Shown: positions 36,479 to 45,045, counted from the first letter of the stretch. The stretch: 58,785 nt of DNA from Chlamydiota bacterium (GCA_031423235.1 JANPFC010000148.1:1-58785); one strand, 5' to 3'. Translations and numbers: made by a program. Notes: generated by a model not told the origin, from the letters alone.

Positions 36479-38038
36479 CTAGCCAATTGTCTGCCTGTTG
36501 TCAATGGAAACGAAACTTTTCTGATATTGATGGTTTTGTTTTCTGTCTGTAAATAACTCGATAATTGCGGGTTGGCCCACTTCGAATGCTTTTTCTAAGC
36601 TGTCGAAAGGGAAATAGGGGATATTGAAAAGAGCTGCGGCTTTTTCAAAAGTGAGATCGTGGGCTGCGGCCCAAAGCTCTTCAAAATGGGGCGAGGCGGC
36701 AATCGGTAAATGGTGGAAAATCCCTCCTCCGAAATTATTGGAAATAAGGAGGATGACAGGAAATTTTGTCTTCTTTAAAAGCGGGAGGGAATTGATGTCG
36801 TGAAGAGCTGTTTGATCTCCGATAATACCGAGGATGGGCATCTCTTCGGAAAGACCAGCGATGGTTGCGATGTTTCCGTCGATTCCAGAGAGGCCCCGGT
36901 TGGCAAAAAAGCCGCCGCATTCTTCAGGAAATAAAAAATGGTCTCCATCTCGGATAGGCATCCCATTGCCCAGGAATACACCATATTCCGGAGGGAGGAT
37001 GGAACTGATTTTGCGCATTGCATGAGCTTCTGTGAAGGTTCCGGTTTCGGCAAAGAGAGGCTCCCGGTCTTCCCACGCATCAAGCCAATTGATGTCTGTA
37101 TTCCCATCAAAAGTGAGACAGAATTCGGGGATGTCCGATTGCACTCTTCCGGTTAAAATCCTTTCGGGATCCTGCAGAGAGGGCCATGGACTGATGTGAA
37201 CGTATTCAGGCCTGATTGATTTCATCCATTCAAGGATCCTTTTTGAGGTCATCCGCTCTCCAAAATGGAGAACGAGTTCGGGGGCGGGCTTATCTATCCA
37301 GTCAAAGTACTTAATTTGCTCTACGGTCGAGTATAGCCGAGCATTCGAGAGGATGTCGGCGCAAACAGGCCAGCGGAGCCGTTCGGCAAGCTCTAGGACG
37401 GCTAGTACGTCATCTGGATTGGGGAGGCGGCCAATGAGAATGAGCCCTTTCGATTTTTCGGTCTTGTAGTTGTCCACACGGTGGCGGGGAAAGTGGAGGT
37501 CGATCCGTTTGCCCTGCATGATCTTTAGGTTGGGCTGGTATAGGGGCTCCCGAAAGGGGCAGTTGATGTGGATGGGGCCGGGCGGATTTTGCAGAGCGTA
37601 GAAAATTCCTTGCGCCATCATCGATCGGAAGTATTTTTCATCTAAATCTGTGGTTAAATCGGCTTGCCATCTCACAAAAGGCTGAAAGATTTTTACCTGA
37701 TCGGCGGTCTGATTGGCGCTGCAGTCTCTCAGTTCATGGGGTCTGTCAGCTGTAAGGATGATCATCGGAGTGGAGGTATGGTGGGCTTCCATGATACTTG
37801 GCAAAAGATTGCCCACAGCAGTTCCAGAGGTTGCAATGACCGCTGCCGGAGTATGCGTCGCCTTACCGATACCGAGTGCATAAAATCCGAGGCCCCTTTC
37901 ATCGTAATGGACATGGATCTTTACTAACGGGTGCTCTGCTGCGGCCGAGACAAGGGGGGTGCTTCTCGATCCAGGGGCTATGCAAAAATGTCTAACCCCT
38001 TGCTGCACCAGTTGGTCGATTATCCAAGTTTCAGGCAT
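36479..38038 (-). CDS. menD: SEPHCHC synthase
   Basis: CIAPGSRSTPL, DERGLGF, TSGTAVGN, ADRP, NRGLSGIDG, NNFGGGIF; start taken at MPETWIIDQL. Confidence 0.96.
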   Translation of the reverse strand: MPETWIIDQLVQQGVRHFCIAPGSRSTPLVSAAAEHPLVKIHVHYDERGLGFYALGIGKATHTPAAVIATSGTAVGNLLPSIMEAHHTSTPMIILTADRPHELRDCSANQTADQVKIFQPFVRWQADLTTDLDEKYFRSMMAQGIFYALQNPPGPIHINCPFREPLYQPNLKIMQGKRIDLHFPRHRVDNYKTEKSKGLILIGRLPNPDDVLAVLELAERLRWPVCADILSNARLYSTVEQIKYFDWIDKPAPELVLHFGERMTSKRILEWMKSIRPEYVHISPWPSLQDPERILTGRVQSDIPEFCLTFDGNTDINWLDAWEDREPLFAETGTFTEAHAMRKISSILPPEYGVFLGNGMPIRDGDHFLFPEECGGFFANRGLSGIDGNIATIAGLSEEMPILGIIGDQTALHDINSLPLLKKTKFPVILLISNNFGGGIFHHLPIAASPHFEELWAAAHDLTFEKAAALFNIPYFPFDSLEKAFEVGQPAIIELFTDRKQNHQYQKSFVSIDNRQTIG

Positions 38039-38042
38039 GGTT

Positions 38043-38804
38043 TTAGTGGGCAGGTGCATAGGTTGTCTGCGATTGAGAGGAAGCAACCGCCACAACCGCC
38101 ACGACTGTTCCAATGAGCGCCAAGCCCCCAACGGCAGGCCCCCAAGCAAAGCCGGCTGCTTGTCCAGCCGCAGATGCAGCCCCTAGGGGGCCGCTTTGGA
38201 AGGGGACGCCTCCAGCAGGGATCTCAAAATTAGATAAGTCTAGAGGAGCTGGTCTAGCAGGTAGCGGTTTCGGGGCTCTTGACTGAGAAGAGACTGAAGC
38301 AAATTGGGAGGGGCCGATATCGAGCGTACCTCCTTGGTTTGTAGCAATGAGATTTCCAGAGGAGCTGCCCAGGTATAGGTCTCCCTGGTAGATGCGCGCT
38401 TCGAGAACGGTTCCACGAACTCCAATGGTCGCATTCGCTGTCCGAAGTTCAAAATTTTCAGGATTTTTCTTGGCGATTAAGCCGGTCGAAACACGAACGC
38501 CGCCTTTAGATAATTTGGAGATGAACTTATTGCCCTCTGCATAGGCATTGATGGTGTATCGGGAACCTGGAATTAGAAGGATGAGAGTTCCATCGAGGAA
38601 TTGGATTTGCCCTTTTGTTGAGGCATCGCTGATCAATGTGTCACCGAGAAAGATTTCTGAATCTTGCCCTAAAACTCTTGTTTTCTGATCGGCATCGATA
38701 GCTTTAAGGGCGCCTTCAACAGCAACCACATTTCCAACTCGATCTAAGCATACGCCTGCCGCAGCGGCAAACACAAAACAGACACACCACAGAAAATTTC
38801 TCAT
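38043..38804 (-). CDS. FecR-domain protein with signal peptide and C-terminal hydrophobic tail
   Basis: VG.V..V.G, GDTL, I.F.DGT.+.L...S, L..GG+R, F.LRTANATIGVRGT. Confidence 0.85.
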   Translation of the reverse strand: MRNFLWCVCFVFAAAAGVCLDRVGNVVAVEGALKAIDADQKTRVLGQDSEIFLGDTLISDASTKGQIQFLDGTLILLIPGSRYTINAYAEGNKFISKLSKGGVRVSTGLIAKKNPENFELRTANATIGVRGTVLEARIYQGDLYLGSSSGNLIATNQGGTLDIGPSQFASVSSQSRAPKPLPARPAPLDLSNFEIPAGGVPFQSGPLGAASAAGQAAGFAWGPAVGGLALIGTVVAVVAVASSQSQTTYAPAH

Positions 38805-38888
38805 TGGCACTCCTATCCAAAGACTAAAGCGTGCTCCAGAGGCGGGTTTTTTTCAACAATTTGTTCGACTTTTAAAGTCATAATCGGC

Positions 38889-40820
38889 ATGGCAAGGGGA
38901 ATGAACAGAGAGAAAGGGATCGTCGTTCTCATATCTTTGGCTATCGTGGCCTTGGTCGGCCTCGTCATGTATTTTCAACCTCCATTTATCAACCATTGGA
39001 TCGTAAATGTTGAAAGCGACACTTACGACCGGCAAGTGAGGCGCTTTCATCGTCCGCTCCCTCCCCACCCATCCATTGCGATTGTCGCGATCGATGACAA
39101 GAGCATTGCTGAAGAGGGGAGATGGCCTTGGAATCGGGAAAAGATGGCCCAGCTTGCTCTCGAGTTAGATCGATTGGGCGCAAAAGTCATCGCTTTCGAT
39201 ATGGTTTTTTCAGAGGCGGAAGAAAATCCAGTGGATGCTGTCATTCGGGCAGCTCCAGCTCTTGCTCAAGAGCTGGCGGCCGTCAAGCCCAAATTGGATA
39301 GCGATTCGGCCTTTGCGTCTGCTCTAAAAAAAGGGGCATTCACTTTGGGATTTGCTTTTGCATCCAATGGGAAGAGAGTGGGGCTATTGCCTCCGCCCAT
39401 CCTCGAATTATCTGAAAAAGATCTTGAGAAGACTCTCATTCCCCATATGAATGGCTACATCGGGAACTTGGCTCAATTTCAACAAGGGGCAAAGCAGGGT
39501 GGTTTCATCAATGCGATGATCGATTCCGACGGGATCCTCCGCTTTTCTCCTCTTTTAATGCGCGATCATGAGAAAGTTTACCCTTCCCTTTCACTGCAAG
39601 CAGCCCAACTTTTCCTCTCAGTTCCCTTTTCCGGCATCACCGCCTCAAACTTGGGTGAAAATCAGCTTATTCAAGGGATCCATCTGGGAAACCTGACCAT
39701 TCCAACCGACCCTTGGGGACGGATTTTAATTCCCTATCGCGGCTTGCCCTTCTCTTTCCCGTACATCTCTGCAACCGATGTGTTGCATGGTAAAATCGAA
39801 GAGGAGCAAGTGCGCGGCAAGCTGATCTTTATCGGCAATTCTGCAACCGCTTCCTCCGATCTGCTCACAACTGCGATTTCGCCAGCTTTTCCAGGCGTTG
39901 AAGTGCAGGCGACAATCGCCAGCGGGATTATAGATGACTATCTCCCCTATAAGCCTAACTGGGGTAGAGGGGTGGCGATTGCGATCGTACTGATTCTAGG
40001 CGGCATTGCTGCCCTCACGTTTCCATTCATCAGCCGCACAGCCGCATTTTTATATTCTATTTTGATTATCGTGCTATTAGAGGGGATCAACTATTGGCTA
40101 TGGACTCGCTATGCGATTGTCCTATCTTTCTTTTTCCCCATGCCAACGCTCGTTACTATTTTTATTCTCGATTTGATCAGCGTCTACATCTCAGATATGC
40201 AGCAAAAAAAAGAGATCAAACAGATTTTCGGACAGTACGTCCCATCGGATTTTCTTGAGCAGCTGATCAAAAAGAAAGGTTCGTTCACTTTGGCGGGCGA
40301 AAGCAAAGAACTCAGTTTCCTCTTTGCCGATATTTGGGATTTCTCCTCTTTAGCTGAGCCTTTATCAACAGTAGAGCTGAAAGAGTTTTTGACTCAATAC
40401 TTCACGAAGATGAATGAGACTATTTTTGCTGAAAAGGGGATTTTAGATAAGTATGTGAGAGATCAGATTTCAGCATTCTGGGGAGCCCCATTCTCTGAGC
40501 CAAGACACGCTTATCTAGCAGTCAAAACAGCTCTTGCTATGCAGGCAAATCTTCCCTTACGGAATATGCATATGGGTATCGGGATTAATACGGGTATCTC
40601 CCATGTCGGAGATATGGGGTCCAAATACACCCGCTCTTACACTGCCATTGGTTATCCAGTCGATTTGGCCCACCATTTAAAGACGCTGACAAAACAGTAT
40701 TCAGTTCCAATTCTCGTCGGTGAAGAGACTTGGAAATTAACGCAGAATGACTTCAAATATCGGAAAATTGACCAGATCCAATTTCATGGGAAGACCCTAG
40801 ATATATACGAACCTTCCTAA
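38889..40820 (+). CDS. CHASE2-domain class III adenylate/guanylate cyclase family protein (degenerate active site)
   Basis: IVAIDD.SI...GRWPW.R, IAFDMVF, DSDGILR, GKLIFIG, PGVEV, 3 TMs, LFADI..F, DKY..D, FWGAP, GIGINTG. Confidence 0.9.
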   Translation: MARGMNREKGIVVLISLAIVALVGLVMYFQPPFINHWIVNVESDTYDRQVRRFHRPLPPHPSIAIVAIDDKSIAEEGRWPWNREKMAQLALELDRLGAKVIAFDMVFSEAEENPVDAVIRAAPALAQELAAVKPKLDSDSAFASALKKGAFTLGFAFASNGKRVGLLPPPILELSEKDLEKTLIPHMNGYIGNLAQFQQGAKQGGFINAMIDSDGILRFSPLLMRDHEKVYPSLSLQAAQLFLSVPFSGITASNLGENQLIQGIHLGNLTIPTDPWGRILIPYRGLPFSFPYISATDVLHGKIEEEQVRGKLIFIGNSATASSDLLTTAISPAFPGVEVQATIASGIIDDYLPYKPNWGRGVAIAIVLILGGIAALTFPFISRTAAFLYSILIIVLLEGINYWLWTRYAIVLSFFFPMPTLVTIFILDLISVYISDMQQKKEIKQIFGQYVPSDFLEQLIKKKGSFTLAGESKELSFLFADIWDFSSLAEPLSTVELKEFLTQYFTKMNETIFAEKGILDKYVRDQISAFWGAPFSEPRHAYLAVKTALAMQANLPLRNMHMGIGINTGISHVGDMGSKYTRSYTAIGYPVDLAHHLKTLTKQYSVPILVGEETWKLTQNDFKYRKIDQIQFHGKTLDIYEPS

Positions 40821-41317
40821 ATGGGGGAGACTTTTGCAGTGTCCTTAGGACAGCAGAACATTTCTTTCCGTAATGAACAGCCTAAAGTACAAAGACACAA
40901 AAGACAGCATGGGATCGCCGCGAGACATTTTGAACAGTTTTCAGCACCCTTTATGCGTCCACCCAATTTCATGAGAGGAACGTTCTCTGCTTTGCAGCAG
41001 CACCAGTTTTCATCTGACGGAGTGTGGCAGGCAATCCTTTTAACAATACAGGGTTCGCAGCGGGCTAATTCCCATTTATTAATCGTAAAGCGGATCTTGT
41101 CATAAGGGGATGATGCTGCTTGAATTCTTATATCGATTGCTGAGCCGAAGGCATCAAAGGTCCGTCTTTTTGTTCGAGGCGTCAATGGGAGGTTATGATT
41201 CGCGGGGAGGAGGCCGTCTGGAGATCTTGGCGAAGGAGGGGCTAATAAATCAGGGTTCCTTATAGGCTCAACCATCGACTGGCGCGGAGGCGGTATAATT
41301 GATAGGTTGTATGACAT
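40817..41317 (-). CDS. Small Pro/Ser-rich, Cys-rich hypothetical protein (candidate effector)
   Basis: 166-aa ORF with AAGGA RBS, preceded by an AT-rich region with TGTATAAT; WCCCK, PCCLLCLC, FCCP clusters. Confidence 0.6.
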   Translation of the reverse strand: MSYNLSIIPPPRQSMVEPIRNPDLLAPPSPRSPDGLLPANHNLPLTPRTKRRTFDAFGSAIDIRIQAASSPYDKIRFTINKWELARCEPCIVKRIACHTPSDENWCCCKAENVPLMKLGGRIKGAENCSKCLAAIPCCLLCLCTLGCSLRKEMFCCPKDTAKVSPI

Positions 41318-41450
41318 AATTTCCTTGTTTATTTGTTTAATTATACAGATAACAATAATTTATTGTTAGTTTAAACTATTATTTGTAAAAATAATTTTAT
41401 TCCGATATTTGTTGCAATTTCGAAAACTGGTGTGTAGTTTTCAGAGGTAT

Positions 41451-42833
41451 ATGGAAACAATATCTTCGCGTGAAAAATGGGGTACCCTGATCAGCTGTTC
41501 TCTCAGCAGCTTCGTAGGCTTCATTGATTTTGCAATCGTCAATACAGCTCTGCCTGCTATCGGAGAGAGCCTTTCGGCATCGATGCTTCAGCTGCAATGG
41601 GTCATGAACGCGTTCATCTTAATGATGAGCGTTTTTCCTGCAACGATGGGCAGAGTTTCCGACATTCTCGGCCGGCGCTTTATCAATATTCTCGGGGTTG
41701 TCCTTTTCGGTGCAGCCTCTTTAGTCGGGGGAATGGCTACAAGCGCCACCCTTTTAATCATCTGCCGCCTTTTTCAGGGGATTGGCTGTGCTGCCATCAT
41801 TCCAAGCTCCCTTGCTCTTATTACGCATGCCTTCCCTCCTGAAGAAAAGGGGAGGGCCTTTGGGTTTTGGGCTGGAATCACAGGGATCGGATTTGCTCTG
41901 GGTCCTGTATTAGGAGGGATCCTTGTGAGCACCCTTACTTGGAATTGGATTTTCTACATAAATATCCCCTTTGCCATCGCGAGCCTGATCCTCAATTTTC
42001 TCTTTGTTAAAGAATCAAAAAATACCACCTCGGAAAAGAAAATCGATCCGATCGGATTTATTCTCCTCTCCGTTGGAATTTGTTCATTGGTCGTAGCCTT
42101 AATGCATACTCTTGATTGGGGATGGACATCTTCCTACACCCTCTTTTTCTTTGGCCTCTCAATCGTAAGCATGATTTGTTTTTACCGATCAGAAACTAAA
42201 TGTCCCTATCCGATCATCCCCTTCACTGCTTTCTCGAACAGAACATTTTTATCCTCTGTGGTTGTCTTGTTTTGCATCTTTTTCATCATCACGCCAACTA
42301 TTTTCCTCATCCCTCTCTATCTTCAAATTGTGCGGGGAGAACCAGCTTACATTGCCGGGCTTATGCTCCTTCCGATTACGGGAATCTTGGCTGTCTTTTC
42401 GCCGATTGTCGGCCATTTAGTAGATAAAACCTCTTCTAAAATGTTGATTTTAGCCGGATTATTTTTCCTCCTTATCAGCATTGTTCTGCAGACTTTTTTT
42501 CAAGCAGACACATCTGTGGTCTGGGTGCTGGTCTCCCTGTTTTTTATGGGGTTCGGCTGGACTTTTGGACGAAATCCAGCATCGACGCAAGGAATTACGG
42601 CACTTCCTTCGCACCTTACTGGCGCAGCAACCGGAGTGATTTGGACTTTTCTCAATCTCGGAGGATCCATGGGACTTGCAATAGCAGGAACAGTCTTCCG
42701 AAAATTCTATGAGCCGACAGAGACCCACGCAGCCTTCATCCAAGGGTACCACTGGGCCATGATTCTATTATCAGTTGTGGGAGTATTCATCATTCTCTTC
42801 ACAGCCCTCAGACGTCAGAACCTACCCAACTAA
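41451..42833 (+). CDS. MFS drug:H+ antiporter (DHA2/EmrB-QacA family)
   Basis: D.AIVNTALPAI, LQWVMNA, GRVSD.LGRR, GPVLGG, WIFYINIP. Confidence 0.92.
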   Translation: METISSREKWGTLISCSLSSFVGFIDFAIVNTALPAIGESLSASMLQLQWVMNAFILMMSVFPATMGRVSDILGRRFINILGVVLFGAASLVGGMATSATLLIICRLFQGIGCAAIIPSSLALITHAFPPEEKGRAFGFWAGITGIGFALGPVLGGILVSTLTWNWIFYINIPFAIASLILNFLFVKESKNTTSEKKIDPIGFILLSVGICSLVVALMHTLDWGWTSSYTLFFFGLSIVSMICFYRSETKCPYPIIPFTAFSNRTFLSSVVVLFCIFFIITPTIFLIPLYLQIVRGEPAYIAGLMLLPITGILAVFSPIVGHLVDKTSSKMLILAGLFFLLISIVLQTFFQADTSVVWVLVSLFFMGFGWTFGRNPASTQGITALPSHLTGAATGVIWTFLNLGGSMGLAIAGTVFRKFYEPTETHAAFIQGYHWAMILLSVVGVFIILFTALRRQNLPN

Positions 42834-42957
42834 AAGTTTTCAGCCGATTTTCGATTTAAAATTGGGGGGTAATATACCGAAGAATATTCGAGAATCGGGA
42901 AATTTTTTACCACCCGCGAACAAAGTTCGCTAGAGAACACAGAGCTCACAGAGCCAA

Positions 42958-43098
42958 TTAAACTTTTAGTCGACGTTTCCGAAGGCGCAATTCATATATT
43001 AAACAAGTCTCATAAGCTGATTCCAAAAGCCCTGGTCCAAGAGATCGATGAATGTCTATGGCTGCCCCAATGATTTTGCCTGTGAGAATATTTTCCTC
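42958..43098 (-). pseudogene. Internally deleted GxxExxY protein gene
   Basis: EENILTGKIIGAAIDIHRSLGPGLLESAYETCLIYEL is the family N-terminus (GLLESAY); stops after 46 aa, lacking the nuclease core; no start codon inside the repeats. Confidence 0.85.
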
Positions 43099-43166
43099 CT
43101 CTGTGAGCTCTGTGTTCTCTAGCGAACTTTGTTCGCGGGTGGTAAAAAATTTCCCGATTCTTGAAC

Positions 43167-43330
43167 TATACTGCGCTCGGTTTGAAACTTGGAATTTTAA
43201 ACGCGCCAAAACCGCTATAATCGACGATCGTAAACTGGTTCATATTTCTAATATTGACCAGTTTACGATCGTCGATTATAGCGAGTTTTCGCGCGGCTCA
43301 AAATCAAAGTTTCAAGCCGAGCGCAGTATA
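43167..43330. mobile_element. 164-bp palindromic MITE with TA target duplication, nested in the right arm of the composite element
   Basis: Ends TATACTGCGCTCGG / CCGAGCGCAGTATA; perfect 27-bp inner stem 43213-43239 / 43257-43283. Confidence 0.75.
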
Positions 43331-43414
43331 ACTTCGGTATAGTTGGATAGGTTCCAAGATGCTTTGCCAAAAAAATGATTGAACGGTATGCTCTTCCTTT
43401 TTTTTGGAGATCCC

Positions 43415-44233
43415 GTGAAAAAATTATTAAGCCTGTCGCTACTTATTTCAATTTTTGCTTTTGGCAACGATAAATGGAATGGCGCCGACTACAACAAACA
43501 TTCTGAAGAACAGAAAGCTGCTGCTAAGAGAACTCTGAGTTCGCTAAATTTCTCTGGAGATGAAAAAGTGCTGGATATTGGCTGCGGCGACGGGTATCTC
43601 ACCTCGCTGATTGCAGGCCAGGTATCGGAAGCGGTGGGTATTGATCTATCTCCATCGATGGTTGAATTTGCTGCAACGGAATTTGGGGGAGATCATTTGC
43701 AATTCAGAGTCCTTGACGCCCGTCTTCTCGATTATGAAAATAAGTTCGACCTAATCACTTCATTTACAACTCTTCACTGGGTTCCTGAGCAGCTCACTGT
43801 ATTGAAAGGGATCGAACGGGCCTTATGCGCTGGGGGAAAGATGATCATCGACATGCCTACTGCGCTGCCTAAACCGATGCTCCAAGCAGTGGAAGAAAAA
43901 ATGGTCCAAAAACGATGGTGTTCCTATTTTGAAGACTTTGTCCCTGGATGGCGTTTCTTTACTGCAGCAGAGTACGAGGTGCTTCTCGACCAAACAAATC
44001 TTCAAGCAGAAATGATTGTGCAGGTCCCTGTCCCATTTACATTTCCTACAAAGCAAGCATTTCTGGGGGTTTTAAAGCAGTGGTTTCCTTACCTGATCCC
44101 TTTGCCAGAAGATCAAAAGCTAGTTTTCCTTGAACAAGTGGTAGATCGGTATTTGGAGCTAATGCCTCCTGCTGAACAGGGGCGCCCACAGTTTATTGTG
44201 AACCGCCTCCATGTGGAAGCAACGAAGCTTTAA
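43415..44233 (+). CDS. Class I SAM-dependent methyltransferase (Tam-like) with signal-peptide-like N-terminus
   Basis: WNGADY, VLDIGCGDG, GIDLS..MV, FDLITS..TLHW; GTG start after GGAGA. Confidence 0.88.
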   Translation: MKKLLSLSLLISIFAFGNDKWNGADYNKHSEEQKAAAKRTLSSLNFSGDEKVLDIGCGDGYLTSLIAGQVSEAVGIDLSPSMVEFAATEFGGDHLQFRVLDARLLDYENKFDLITSFTTLHWVPEQLTVLKGIERALCAGGKMIIDMPTALPKPMLQAVEEKMVQKRWCSYFEDFVPGWRFFTAAEYEVLLDQTNLQAEMIVQVPVPFTFPTKQAFLGVLKQWFPYLIPLPEDQKLVFLEQVVDRYLELMPPAEQGRPQFIVNRLHVEATKL

Positions 44234-45045
44234 TTAATATTTTCGATTTTGTAGAGGGAGAACACTCCCTCTTTTATCAGAGATTGAGTCAGAATATGCC
44301 TCACCCCTTCCATTTTGTAAGTAGATAGGCGGGAAATAAATGCCGCTTGATCCGGCGGGACTTGAGGATTGTCCTTTTCAGTTAGAAGCGCGGCATGCGT
44401 ATGGCTTAAAAATGGAGCCGACGTGCTCTCTTTCGGGTTTTGATAGAAGGCTTTGGAGACTTTTGCCGCAGTAAACTTCTCTTTCCCTTGCGGCGTAATG
44501 ACGACACCGAAAAAGAGGGCTCTTTGATTCGGGGAGTCTTCCTTGGCAGCCCAATACTCTTCTTCCATTTCTCCGTTGATGTTTTCGTGGAAAATCGGCG
44601 GCTTTTTCAAATAAGTCGACTCTAAATTTGCGAAGAGTGCGTCCCCAACGATTGCAAATCCCAACGGATACTCTTTTGCAATCGCAGCATAAAAATCTTC
44701 CAATGAAATAGGTTGAGAATACTTTGCAGAAACAAGAGCATCTGGCTGATCTTTGCTATCGACACCTATTAAGAATGGGGTTTTCACAAACTGCGCATTG
44801 CTTTCGGTTTGTAAATGGGCAGATGCATCTATAAAACAGACGTGGGCAACCTTGTTGCAGATGAGAGTTTCTCCAAGGAATTTGACGTTGCTAAATGTCC
44901 CTGCGCCAAGCGCAAAAGCTAAAGAGGGGAGTGAGAGGTGTTGCACTATTAAGGGAGATACTTTGCCGCTCAGGACATAATTCACATCGCCGAGTATTTT
45001 CAGCTGGGTTGCGTGATGGTATCGTTGAAGATAGGTCAAAGCCAT
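44230..45045 (-). CDS. Hypothetical protein, possibly ALDC/PTD012-like metal-binding fold
   Basis: 271-aa ORF; ALGAG near the N-terminus and SHTH near the C-terminus. Confidence 0.55.
   Translation of the reverse strand: MALTYLQRYHHATQLKILGDVNYVLSGKVSPLIVQHLSLPSLAFALGAGTFSNVKFLGETLICNKVAHVCFIDASAHLQTESNAQFVKTPFLIGVDSKDQPDALVSAKYSQPISLEDFYAAIAKEYPLGFAIVGDALFANLESTYLKKPPIFHENINGEMEEEYWAAKEDSPNQRALFFGVVITPQGKEKFTAAKVSKAFYQNPKESTSAPFLSHTHAALLTEKDNPQVPPDQAAFISRLSTYKMEGVRHILTQSLIKEGVFSLYKIENIN

Larger units (their letters stand above)
42873..43341. mobile_element. Composite non-autonomous element: long terminal inverted repeats enclosing a GxxExxY remnant
   Basis: Perfect 63-bp inverted repeats 42891-42953 / 43099-43161; termini TATACCGAAG (42873-42882) and CTTCGGTATA (43332-43341). 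Confidence 0.75.

Noticed and set aside
38039-38149. N-terminal extension of MenD (likewise MenH, MenF, MenE, YidC, MFS)
   Set aside because: Longest-ORF artefacts overlapping upstream genes or intergenic DNA; better starts lie downstream
42891-43330. CRISPR array or tRNA/ncRNA explanation for the repeats
   Set aside because: Repeats are inverted pairs, not direct repeats with regular spacers; no cas genes; no cloverleaf or T-loop motif seen
43052-43342. 96-aa plus-strand ORF, and the first 37 aa of the 42958-43209 ORF
   Set aside because: They simply read through palindromic repeat DNA; only 42958-43098 has protein-family motifs
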